From positions 64,830-128,829 of the forward strand of contig JAQGDQ010000374.1 of assembly GCA_030141605.1 (NCBI GenBank): a DNA stretch of 64,000 nucleotides, in the 5' to 3' direction. Below are positions 51,076 through 64,000 of the stretch, in pieces (position 1 is the stretch's first letter; every line of letters begins with the position of its first letter). Under the pieces are notes generated by a model that was not told the DNA's origin, did no database searches, and saw only the letters and a list, made by a program, of their open reading frames with translations. This DNA is from Tubiluchus corallicola. Its lineage: Eukaryota > Animalia > Priapulida. The position numbers were made by a program, and so were the translations under genes.

Positions 51076-52774
51076 TAGACATAATATGTATTGTAACGTT
51101 CCGAGGGTTATTTGGTTAAAGACAAAATAACTACTGCCACTATTGTAACGTTTTGAGGGGTATTGCATTCCTAATTTTTATATAATGATCAGGAAAATAT
51201 ACTACATGTATTTTCACGGGTTCGTCTGCTGTTTTTTAAGGCTGTTTAGTTAAAAACAAAACAAGATGAAACAAATTTTAAAGCTATAATTATTACAAAA
51301 GAAGAGTACAACAACAAGTCAACAATAAGAGCTCAAAATTACTATTAGTGGCTTGCTGTGAAAACCCCCAAGGAAAGATGAGGATAGGAAAATGAATGCG
51401 CATAACTTATCTGAATGTTCATGACGATATTGTGCACAATACAACGATCCTCCTCCTACAATGACAACACTGACGCCGGCAACATGACGATCCTCCATGA
51501 GCCATAACAATGCAGATGACGACAGCTAATCAACAGCATCCAGCAACCCACTTGTAGTCTGCAACACCAACGTACCAACAGCTGACTGGAATGGAATAAC
51601 ATCACACTTCTGTGGCTTGACCAGCTCTTCAAACCATGTAACAGCAACGAGACTGAGTAAGACAGGCTATACAACAGGAACACAGTCCTTTTGGCCAAAA
51701 CAACACTTAGCTCAGCTCTCCATGGTAAAGAAGTTACATCACAGATCGTGTACCAGCCTTTCCAGACAAATACGTTAACTACAGGTATGCTGGAACATGC
51801 CCACTGGTCAGACCAACAACGAGCGTCTGTACCAATGAAAAATATCAACTCAACTGTTCAGAACAGGTATTGCTTTTTCTGCATAGGCAAACGAAGCACT
51901 CCAGCAGGTAAGTACAAACCATTTTACGTGACAGGGGTGAGGAGATGATGAAATGAAAGAACACATACAGCAGTGCAAGCCAAGCAAGCCATTTACTATC
52001 AAAATTAACAACATGCACCTCACACCGTAGTATCAATGAAATTTCGACACTCAAAAAAAAGTGTTTCCGTGATAGCTGTGTCTATGAACTTACTGAGTTT
52101 CAGGTTTTCATTAGTACTTTTTAACAGCAGGCTCAGATACATACATATACAATTCTTACTTTGGGCCACACTCTCCGTTACCTAACGTGTGGCTGAAAGT
52201 TGGCATGAGAGTTACTTAAAATCACCGCTAAAGCATTTTTTACTTTTTCTCTTAAAGAGTCGAGTTTTATTGCGTAACCAGCCGCAAAATAAGAGGCAGC
52301 GAAGCTACTATTCAAAATCTGTCAGATTTTCAAGTTCTTGTAATTCGCTTATAACTAAAATAATAGTCATTATTTCGTTGTCATTTTGACAAGCGACAAA
52401 ATGGCGTAACTGGCACGCATTGCGTTATTAAATTAATAATAAAATATTGCGGATGCATAACAACACGAGGCTGCATGCCTTGCGCTATTAACCAATGGTA
52501 GGGTATATTGGAAAGTAGGTGTTCAAATGGGGAGCTGATGTTTTTTGGGCTTAGGTCCGCCCTCAAGTCTTGGCAGCCTGTCTGAGTTTTTGCTAGGTAA
52601 CGACTAGCTGGTACCAGCAAACATTAGTTTGACAAGAGCGAGAAATCTTTGCAATGGAGGAAAAAACACTGGAATGTGACTGAATGTTTATTTCCATAAC
52701 GCAAGGTGAATATCCTACGAAGTGTTAAGTTCTTCTCAAGCTATGCTCTTTTTTCATTTGATTTCTTTTCCCTT

Positions 52775-53389
<615 letters not shown>

Positions 53390-53439
53390 AATTCGTTTTC
53401 CGAATCAGAAATGAAAATGACAATGTACCTGAAGAATTT

Positions 53440-53720
53440 TTGTGCCGTGATGGAGTCCCACGGGGATCCATTTTGTCACCTTTATTGTTTATCCTGTATG
53501 TTTCCTATATGTTTGCAGAAAGTGATACAAATGATTTTGAAGCTAAATTTAAATCTGCTGATGAGAGTATCTTCTACATATGTGCAAGGTCATTAGAAAC
53601 ATGTTATGAAGGGGTGCAGCAGTGCTGTGGCGGATTACTGTCCTGGTGTTCGCGTTGAAAGCAAATTTTAAATTGTGCACCCAATAAAAATGAGGCCATT
53701 GTTTTCATAATGTCAATTAA
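53440..53720 (+). pseudogene. Degenerate non-LTR reverse transcriptase fragment
   Basis: GVPRGSILSPLLFILYV...FKSADES...LLSWC matches the GVPQGS.L.P.LF / (F/Y)ADD / W.. region. The catalytic motif is decayed and a stop follows. Confidence 0.75.
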
Positions 53721-54074
53721 CGATGCAAAGGCGTTTGGAATAATAATAAACATTTATAAATATGTATCTTGAGTTAGGCAAATGGTACAAAATAAAAGAA
53801 ATTATTTTCAAAAATAAGGGCATAAAAATGTTTATGACATCGAGGTATTTTAGACGGCTATAAAGCCAAGCATTTTTATAACTCAGTGTGCTGGATGATA
53901 CGAAAGCATAGCTATTTTGATGAACTGTGGTGTGACGTCATCACATCTGCTGCAGGTGTGAGGGATAAGCCTTGCAAATTGGATAAGAAATGTATTTAAG
54001 TCTATGACGCATTGTTACCAAGTTCAGGGAGGTTCAGGGAGTCGTTCAGGGGAAGACCAATTTAGCTTGAACAT

Positions 54075-54552
54075 AATTTATTATAGGATTGGATCAGACG
54101 GTTTGAACAACATGATTTAAGATCCTCACCAAAACAGACTTTATACACTATTTACAAAAACATTTACAGTAAGAATAGACGATAACTACACAAGCTGACA
54201 AGTTTTACTACAAGATTACATTAGACATTAGTAACAAATGACAATTAGCAAATATTAATGTACGAATTTAAGACTGATGCATTTCATATCAGATAGAAAC
54301 TACTGGAAGCGTTTAGTACGTAATATAAAGTCATGTATGCATTGCAATATTTTACAGTTAGCAACATAGTTAAATTCATCTTTTCCGAATAATAAAAATT
54401 TCAACAGATCATTAGTTCCTAAGGCAGCTATATTAAGATTTTCAGGCAGCAGTATTTCATTTAATTTATCAAACATTACAACCCTAGTTTGTTGATACAA
54501 TGGGCAGTACAACAAAAAGTGTTCAACAGACTCAAATCGAAATCCACAGTTA
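54075..54552 (-). mobile_element. LINE 3' end with C-terminal zinc knuckle
   Basis: NCGFRFESVEHFLLYCPLYQQTR...LLFG....N..I...IHDFILRTKRF* is typical of CR1-group ORF2 C-termini, and an AT-rich 3' UTR follows. Confidence 0.8.
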
Positions 54553-55243
54553 AATTCGGCAATATCGGATGATAAGAATTTGTGTGGAAACACCACGAAA
54601 CTGTCGTAATAAGTTGCATTTTATAAAGTCGCACTTAGCTAAGATGAAATTTTTTCTTAAAATTAATAAGAATAGTAACTTAAGAAACGGGGCATTAAGT
54701 GACTTGTCTTATGTTTTTTACTTACAACAAATTAGACATAGAATAATATGTAAAAATCACGTGGAAGAGAAATATCCACTATTCATATCAGATCGATGGT
54801 ATATAGGTAGTTATTTTACCATATTTGTCACCTCTAAATTAGCACTTAGAAAATCATGAATGTGACGTAGAAACGACGGCAATAAATTTGCTGTTGAAAA
54901 AAGAGGCGAACGCTCTTTTCTGTCTGTAGATGGGGAAAGCAACACTGATTGTTGTCAATGTGATAATGTTTCTATTCAAACACCAGAACATTTGATTTTT
55001 AAATGTGCAAAATGAAATAGATAGGCGAAGTCTTATTGGGAAATTCCTGCTTATGAATTTCACAGAGAATCTTTGTCGAGAGTGCTGACATCTGCAACTT
55101 GGTACGAAATATTGAAAATATTCAAATTCTTACAAATTTGCTCCTAAAACGGAAATATATTACTCGTATTTAAAAGCCTCAAAAAGTTTTATATACCAGT
55201 GTTTTGATGTATGATCAATCACTATTTTGTTTATTTGTAAATT

Positions 55244-55375
55244 CGCACACGCACACGCACATGCACGCACGCACGCACACGCACGCATGCACAAACGCAC
55301 ACATGCACACACGCACATACACACGCGCACACGCGCGCACGCACGCACACACACGCGCACACACACGCACGCACC
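55244..55375. repeat. (CA)/(CGCA)n tract
   Basis: Seen directly in the sequence. Confidence 0.93.
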
Positions 55376-56988
55376 TCTCTCTTTGTCATTTGAAGGGACA
55401 AAGCAATACAAAAGACGTATTATATTATTAATTAATGTACTACAATAACTATTGTATCTGTATTTCTTTTCTTTTCTTTCTGTTTTGTATATTATAGTTT
55501 ATTTTCTTCATTTGCTTAACATCAGTAGGAGTACGTTGACCAACTAAAACGATGTCCTGGGTACTAGAAATGTCATTGATCCAAAGAAAACTGCAACCTA
55601 GGTGATTGATTTCTTGAAACTATGATACGGCTCCTAAATAATCGCCTGACATGTTTCACCTGTTTGCCCTTCGTCTGAGTCAACATGCAATGAAAGCCCT
55701 CGTTAAGAGCAAATACCGCGCGTGTTTCATGCAGATCAACTTTCAAACACTTGAAAATTTTCAAAATTCAAAAAGTTAAAAAACACACATGCGGGGCGAA
55801 TTACTATAAACAAACTTCGGTGAAGAATGTATGCGAGCTTGTGCCACGTGTTTAGCATGTTATTTTTATATGGTGAATTTTTCTTTATCTCGTGTCATTA
55901 AATAAATTAAAATTACAAATTCTGAAATGTTGATCGCAATTTGCAAGGATGTTGACCAGATGACGATAAATTTCAAACATTCCTTCGTGTTGAACAAATT
56001 TTAATAATCTTTGATAAAGTGGTTCTCTAATGCCGTGTGTCAATTATAATTTTAAATAAACGTTATTCTATTACTAATTAAATTCTCTGGAATAATTTTG
56101 ATAATTTCTTATTAAAATATGCACTGAAAAGTCAACACGTGATTTGTTGTTTGCACTAAGATGCTATTAAATGCATTTTTATTTTTTTCGTGTTTGTACA
56201 TTTACATAGGCTGTGTTGCAACAAAAGTTGTGCTTTTCCTAAGTCAATTTCTGCCTATTAAAAAAGTTTTTTAAAACTTTGTTGGAACTTTGTTGAAAAT
56301 TTTAAATTAATTTAACGATTTTCAATTGCTTAATAATTTTTCTCATTGTATTTTTTGACTCGACTAAAATTCGAAAATGAAAACTTCGTTAAAAATGCTA
56401 CGTTAAATAATTTACATTGTTATGTTAAAACTTACAACAAGATACTGCTTATCACTATCAATATAGTAATTATTCTTTTTTATACGTAATAGCGATAACG
56501 AATTTCTAAGTAATTTTTCTTATAATTGTAAGTCCATTTATTTTTGAAAACTTTGTAAACCCAATCATTCATGTTAACTCTTCAGGAAAATTGGCACATC
56601 TTCAGTAAGTTCTAGTCAACACATTTGACAAGATTACGTGTGCGTCCATAACCCTAATTGCTTCATTGACTTCTAGGTTTTAATTATGTTAACTGGGATG
56701 TGAGTTTCTATGAGTGCCTTGGTGGCCCATTGACACAGAAAGTCTATCAACTATAAGAAGCCTTCTAGGAAAGGTAGAGCTTGAATGATGTTTGCTTTTA
56801 AGCAAGACTATTAATTATTCTGTAACATCTAATATGGCTTGTGTTGCCTTGGTGATTAAATTGGAATATCATAATTCTGCAGCTTCTGCTTGCAACACAA
56901 GACGGTCACTAGAAGGTTAAACATTGACGGTTTGTGCTTGTATGTATATGGCAGACTAGACGTCCTGTTTTACTACCTGATTTATTGG

Positions 56989-57067
56989 CTGACTGAGTGA
57001 CTGACTGACCGACCGACTGACTGACTGACTTGAGTGAGTGACTGACTGAGTGACTGACTGACTGACT

Positions 57068-57154
<87 letters not shown>

Positions 57155-57530
57155 TGACAGACTGACTGACTGACTGACTGACTGACTGACTGACTGACTG
57201 ACTGACTGACTGACTGACTGACTGACTGACTGACTGACTGACTGACTGACTGACTGACTGACTGACTGACTGACTGACTGACTGACTGACTGACTGACTG
57301 ACTGACTGACTGACTGACTGAATGAATGAATGAATGAATGAATGAATGAATGAATGAATGAATGAATGTGAATGATGACTGACTGACTAACTGAATGCAT
57401 GAATGAATGATGACTGACTGACTGACTGACTGACTGACTGACTGACTGACTGACTGACTGACTGACTGACTGACTGACTGAATGAATGAATGAATGAATG
57501 AATGAATGAATGAATGACCGACCGACTGAC
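56989..57530. repeat. Compound (GACT)n/(GACA)n/(GAAT)n microsatellite
   Basis: Seen directly in the sequence. Confidence 0.97.
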
Positions 57531-57750
57531 GAATTGGCTCGCTAGTTGACTAACTGAGTAATTTGACAAACTACCTGACTAACTACCTGACTGACTAACT
57601 GACTGACTTATTTGGTGCTTGATTAACGTACTGTTTAACTGATTTACTAACTAATTCATTGACACAGTTATCAACAACACAGCGGATAAATGAACTTAAT
57701 AAAAGAATGAACATAATATAATACTTTCCAACGGATTGCTTATCTGCATC

Positions 57751-59295
57751 TTGGCCTTCTTGTCTTCAAGCCTAGAAGTTTTGGCCTTTTTGTCTTCATG
57801 TCTAGAAGTTTTTGGCCTTCTTGTCTTCAAGCCTAGAAGTTTTGGCCTTCTTGTCTTCAAGTCTAGAAGTTTTTGGCCTTCTTGTCTTCATGTCTAGAAG
57901 TTTTTGGCCTTCTTGTCTTCAAGTCTAGAAGTTTTGGCCTTCTTGTCTTCAAGTCTAGAAGTTTTTGGCCTTCTTGTCTTCAAGTCTAGAAGTTTTTGGC
58001 CTTCTTGTCTTCAAGTCTAGAAGTTTTTGGCCTTCTTGTCTTCAAGTCTGGAAGTTTTTGGCCTTCTTGTCTTCAAGTCTAGAAGAAGTTTTTGGCCTTC
58101 TTGTTTTCAAGTCTAGAAGTTTTTGGCCTTCTTTTCTTCAAGTCTAGAAGTTTTTGGCCTTCTTGTCTTAATGTCTAGAAGTTTTTGGCCTTCTTTTCTT
58201 CAAGTCTAGAAGTTTTTGGCCTTCTTGTCTTCAAGTCTAGAAGTTTTTGGCCTTCTTGTCTTAATGTCTAGAAGTTTTTGGCCTTCTTGTCTTAATGTCT
58301 AGAAGTTTTTGGCCTTCTTGTCTTAATGTCTAGAAGTTTTTGGCCTTCTTGTCTTCATGTCTAGAAGTTTTTGGCCTTCTTGTCTTCATGTCTAGAAGTT
58401 TTGGCCTTCTTGTCTTCAAGTCCAGAAGTTTTTGGCCTTCTTGTCTTCATGTCTAGAAGTTTTTGGCCTTCTTGTTTTCATGTCTAGAAGTTTTGGCCTT
58501 CTTGTCTTCATGTCTAGAAGTTTTTGGCCTTCTTGTCTTCATGTCTAGAAGTTTTTGGCCTTCTTGTCTTCATGTCTACAAGTTTTGGCCTTCTTGTCTT
58601 CAAGTCCAGAAGTTTTTGGCCTTCTTGTCTTCATGTCTAGAAGTTTTTGGCCTTCTTGTTTTCATGTCTAGAAGTTTTGGCCTTTTTGTCTTCATGTCTA
58701 GAAGTTTTGGCCTTCTTGTCTTCAAGTCTAGAAGTTTTTGGCCTTCTTGTCTTCAAGTCTAGAGGTTTTTGGCCTTCTTGTTTTCATGTCTAGAAGTTTT
58801 GGCCTTCTTGTTTTCATGTCTAGAAGTTTTGGCCTTCTTGTCTTCAAGTCTAGAAGTTTTTGGCCTTCTTGTCTTCAAGTCTAGAAGTTTTTGGCCTTCT
58901 TGTCTTCAAGTCTAGAGGTTTTTGGCCTTCTTGTCTTCAAGTCTAGAAGTTTTTGGCCTTCTTGTCTTCAAGTCTAGAAATTTTTGGCCTTCTTGTCTTC
59001 AAGTCTAGAAATTTTTGGCCTTCTTGTCTTCGAGTCTAGAAGTTTTTGGCCTTCTTGTCTTCGAGTCTAGAAGTTTTTGGCCTTCTTGTCTTCACGTCTA
59101 GAAGTTTTTGACATTCTTGTCTTCAAGCCTAGAAGTTTTTGGCCTTCTTGTCTTCAAGTCTAGAAGTTTTTGGCCTTCTTGTCTTCAAGCCTAGAAGTTT
59201 TTGGCCTTCTTGTCTTCAAGCCTAGAAGTTTTTGGCCTTCTTGTCTTCAAGTCTAGAAGTTTTTGGCCTTCTTGTCTTCAAGTCTAGAAGTTTTT
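57751..59295 (+). repeat. Minisatellite, 30-31-bp unit, ~50 copies
   Basis: TTTT(T)GGCCTTCTTGTCTTCA(A/T)GTCTAGAAG repeated, with an XbaI site in most units. Confidence 0.97.
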
Positions 59296-59906
59296 ATTAC
59301 TTCTTCATTTCACAACAAAACAGTGAACTACACAACACGTTGAAAAGAAACTTTACACGACTTGTATGCAATCACTACGATCTTTCAAATTCTTTGCTCT
59401 TGTTTCTTGTCATGTTGATTTGTTTGTGTTTGAGTATTTTGCAACCAGATGAACCGGTGCTGTTTGCAATACTGACTATTTCAGTAAATCCAAGATAATC
59501 TAGAGTAAGACCAGCTGCTCATAATATTTTATCACCGTGAACCTTTCAAGCTAGCAATTTGACCTCTGGATAGTTAAAGATCCCCCGAGTGTCCTGAAAA
59601 TTTCAAGGAACTAGCGTATTCCTTTCGACTTATCGTTGGCTTAATTTATTTATATTCTTAATTTGAAGACCACGAATAATGATGGAATGAACGCAACTGT
59701 TTAAATTTTTGAAATCATAACTGACTGATTCCCTCATTCTTTTGAAAAGTGATTTCGAAAATGCATTCCTTCTTCGTCACCTTTGATAAAATACCCAAAA
59801 ATGCGCTCTGTAAAACTGTCTTTTTATCTTGGAGTGCTGGAAATGCATTGTGAACAACTACTCTACAAATAGAGGGACTGTATTTTGTACATAGTTTTTA
59901 AAATAA

Positions 59907-60108
<202 letters not shown>

Positions 60109-61109
60109 CTGTACAATATTTTTGAAATTACAGTTGCTGTCGCTGGCATTGTAATTTTTCATTTATTTAACTGTTTCTTAACTTATTTACTTAATGGTTA
60201 ATTATATTATTTTCTTTCTTAATATGTAACTTTGAGACGAAATAAATAGTGAAGGACATTATGGCAGATCACCCAAAAGTGATCTTTCTCTCGGTAACGC
60301 GACCATTTACTAACCATACGGACTCGGTGTTGCCTAACTTCGTTCTCTAAGCGCTGACCACTTAAACAGTGGACCTCGGTCGAAGTGGACAGGATATAAA
60401 GACGTTATTTGATCGATGATCCGTTCTGGCTGTAAAGCTTTTGTTAAAGTAATTATTTCACTTCTGTAATTACGCTAAGCTTAAATCAGGGAATTTTCTA
60501 TTTACATCCAAGAAATGTTCATGAAAAATTGACGAACATATTTTCAGTTGGCACTTGATCGCACAAGTCGCTTTGACCTCCCAGCAAACCAAATGTCATG
60601 TTATGGAAATGAAGCCGAGTAATGATGTCGTGTACCCGATGAAGCCCTTCTCTCGCGAATAACTCGTTATCCAGGAATTTATCCCAGCAGTACCGGGATA
60701 GAAAGTCTCGCGCAATATGTTTCCACTTTATCAGCTTTGCGGAGGATAAAAATCTGAATTTTATTAATTAAACACAAATCAAGGTCAAGTAAATTAGGAA
60801 CACCGGAAAAAGCTTAACTAAATCTTTTAATCTCCAGCAGATGGCGCTATGCAGACAGTGTGATTTAAAAAAGTTAAATGTGTGTTTATAAAACATGTAA
60901 GATGTGTCATAGTGTCTAGTGTCTGGTCTAGAAACAGCGTGTTTGTTAAATTTGAGTAAAAATATAAACAAAATCCTAAAGTTGCACTAGTCTGCTTTGT
61001 TTAATGACAATTTTCGTAGGTATGAAGTTGATGCAGAAAATTTGCTGATAGAAAAGTATAAGAGACCAGCGCCTTTTCAAAACTTTAGGCGACACTTTCC
61101 AAGACCTTT

Positions 61110-61640
61110 CTTCTGGTTATTCCATATATTTTGACTGTAAATTGGGGGTATATCAAACAATGAAGTTAATGCCATTAGGGTAAAATGGAACACTGCTTAT
61201 AGAAAAATATTCAGTTTTAGACAAAATGAAAGCGTCAAATTGTTAATCTATTTTTGTGGCACAATGCCAGCGAATTATTTAATAGATAGTCGAAAATTAA
61301 ACTTTGTGAGAAAAATTGTAAACTCTTGCACATTGAGAATTCCAAAGCTATGCTACTATGTAAATAACAGTCGAGTAAATTTAAGATTTAAATATGGTTG
61401 TACTGTAGATCTAAACGAAAATGTAAAATTAAAGGTTAAGAACTCATTTAAAGATTATGTTTTAAGATATCTATTATAGCTCCTTACAATGCTGTATACT
61501 GTAATATAATTACAAGGGAACTGCAATGTGTGGTTATTATAAAGTTGAATGTCTGTAGATATGTTACTTTACTAACCTCGTATTACCTGTTTTACTAACA
61601 TCTTTATCGTTGTAAGCTGTATATTTTTACACGAAATAAA
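61110..61640 (+). mobile_element. LINE 3' end remnant
   Basis: ..NEVNAIRVKWNTAYRKIFSFRQNESVKLLIYFCGTMPANYLIDSRKLNFVRKI.. resembles the post-RT region of CR1/L2-group ORF2. The 3' UTR ends GAAATAAA. Confidence 0.6.
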
Positions 61641-62479
61641 CTCATAAAATGGAAGCAATTAAGCATCGTCTCATCTTTCCCTGTTGTTTTAACAAATTAT
61701 GAATAAGGAACTTGTTGATCATAATTAAAATGTTGTGGCGGAGGTAAGAATCAACCGCTTAGTGTTTCTAAACAGTTTATGTATCTTGTTGAAAAGAATA
61801 CGAAGAAATGTAGGTAAGGTTCATTTTGTTTAGGGGTGTTTTATTATTTTCAAGTGATCACGTGCTAACTACCTAACTTGCTGTTTTTGAAATTAATTGA
61901 ACTGCTGTAATTGGACTGTCAGCAGTCAATAAATTTACTACTAGAACCAGAAAATTCTAGGAAAATTTCTAAATTAGTTCGCTGTGCTCGTACAGTATTT
62001 TCAGGAATGTTTGAATCTTGTCTTAGTAGAATGACAATTTAGTTCAAACTTTGCGCACAAGAAAACCCTCCACTTACACAAAGCTTAAAAAATTCGCCTT
62101 GAAATTTGATACCACTTACGTACTGCCTTTTTGCATATTAGACTTACGTCGGCAGTAACGCTGTATAAAACTTGTAAATTTATAAACTCTCACGATGACC
62201 GTTACACGCAGCCATTTTGACGATAAGTCATTTGAAACAAGTTTAGATAACATTGTGTAAAGTTTGAAAAAATAATCAGAGCATTTGTAGCCCACACATC
62301 ACTAATTAAATAAAATTTTATTTTCGCTGTATCTTGTCAATAAGATTAAAAATACGTTTTTTGGTTAGTAAGTGGTGCACCCCGGAGGGTGAGTCAGCGA
62401 CATTTTACCAATTGGTGAAAACATTTAAAATAATTAATAATTTTCTTTTCTAGTTACATAAGTCTTTCAAGCAGGTAAA

Positions 62480-62739
62480 CGAAGTGCTAAGTAACATAAC
62501 TTTGCATGGAAACTTTTTCGGGACACAGTTTAACATTTCCTTTTCTTGATTTACGTTGTGCGTATATGACGTCATGTAATGGCGAGGTCGGAACAGTATT
62601 GCGGGAGATTTAAAATTAAAACAAACAAAAAATCCTTTCAAAGCGACTAGGATATTATATGTATAAAATCGCTATAAAGTAATATAATTTTTAAGGCGAT
62701 TTTTCTGAAACTTACTTCAGGTACCCCTTTTCTTGTCCT
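62480..62739 (+). mobile_element. Dispersed repeat family B, right-end fragment
   Basis: Homologous to 47670-47932 and 5122-5309. Confidence 0.78.
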
Positions 62740-63822
62740 TTGAATGTATCCATTCTAAGACAGACATGTGAAATCCAACAGCTTTATCTGCTATTCATAC
62801 CATTAATGGCTGAGAAAATTAAAATAAATCTGTCAAAGATTGGACGTACGGTGCAAATTACTTACAAAAATATACACTGTTTGTGAAGAGATATAATTTT
62901 GAAATAACGTAAAAAGGGGCAAAATCGACTAATGTCTAGTCTATTACGTGGCAACTGCAACAAAGTTTGTTTGCATAGTTTGGCGTGCAAAAACTGAGAG
63001 TTTGCTCCTTTATTTATGTCAATATTAACACTAAAACACGGGAAGATTGTTTGTTTTTCATTGAAGTACTGCTGGTCGCATCTGTGTTTCTACGGTAAAA
63101 GATTGCGTCTGATGGATGAACAATAACAGCTGGTGCGCAAAAGTTTAGCTTATTGATTCTAGATGGCAGCAGCGTCCAATGAAGCCAAGCCTTGTGATGC
63201 CAGCCATTGAGGCACCAGCCGGGAGAAACCGAACCGCTTGATGTCTTTTTAAAGTCTAGCGCTTAACTTCCGCCTTTGCTCGGCTCCGACGAACATGTCA
63301 ATGTAATCTATGAGCACGCCTGCTTTGCTTATCCAAAAAATCAAATATTAATGTATTCGTTTTGGCTTTGATATTATGACAAGGGAAATGGGTGATTGAT
63401 GCTCGCCTTGAAGTTTAGCAACAGTCAGTTGGGTTAGCAAATGGGCAGGTGGCTGTCACGGAAATCCTGCCAGCCCAATCACTGCTGAGTAATCGTGGTA
63501 TTATTCCAGTAAAGAGATGTATATCGACTGCACATCCAACTGTGTCTAAAATACCCACGCCGGTTAACATTTAATCTCTAAAGATTTGTTATCGATACGT
63601 GTGTTTCGGTTGGTTTTTCTCCTAGTTAAGATTAGTGCGCGTCGAACAACCGAATCACAAATAATAAAAAATGTGCAAAATCCACATGATTTATAGGTGG
63701 AGCTCACAATTCATAGTTATTTTAAGATTTCTGGATCGAAAGGATCCTGGTTGTATCTCCGGGATATCTCTTCGTGGAGGAAAAATGACCCAACTTCTTT
63801 ACTTTTAGGGCTTGTATTTTAA

Positions 63823-64000
63823 AGGAAAGCCGGATGATTGTGTAAACATTAGTTCAGAATAAAGAATGCTGTAAAATATTGAAAACTATAAAAGCTTTTT
63901 TAAATCAAAGCTTAGATTAAATAATAATTACCTCGAATTCTCAAATTTCATTAATTTTCAAAACTACGCGCCGCTCAGTGAATCTACTAAGATTGGCAAC
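63823..64000 (-). mobile_element. MITE family A, copy 6, inverted, cut by the window end
   Basis: TTAA|AGGAAAGCCGGATGATTGTGTAAAC... matches 28739 onward. Confidence 0.9.

Noticed and set aside
51400-51950. Possible decayed piggyBac-like transposase N-terminus (..QIVYQ..QTN...HWSD)
   Set aside because: The similarity is too weak and interrupted by stops, and I found no TIRs.

Overview
This is AT-rich, repeat-dense animal genomic DNA, not prokaryotic. The 5S-derived sequences resemble molluscan/lophotrochozoan 5S rRNA (from recall, not searched). One spliced protein-coding gene is supported, on the + strand, with four coding exons: 23456-23902, 27404-27567, 29626-29851 and 36022-36813. They have GT-AG boundaries, matching phases and 543 codons with no stop, and encode an ankyrin-repeat protein whose 3' end I could not locate. 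Everything else is intronic or intergenic. It contains two copies of a ~540-bp composite SINE (full 5S rRNA head, RTE-LINE-like body and RTE 3' end; one copy has an 18-bp TSD), six copies or fragments of a TTAA-flanked Kolobok-like MITE, a second TTAA-ended family, a hAT MITE with an 8-bp TSD, several TIR elements carrying internal tandem arrays, a decayed CR1-group LINE inside a (TAG)n tract plus many LINE 3' ends, and many mini- and microsatellites. Nearly all ORFs in the supplied track are microsatellite artefacts. The best novelty candidates are the 5S/RTE composite SINE, minisatellites built from transposon termini, and inverted MITE pairs closely flanking coding exons. No CRISPR array, ribozyme or intact transposase was found. 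All alignments were done by eye, and repeat boundaries are approximate unless a TIR or TSD is quoted.
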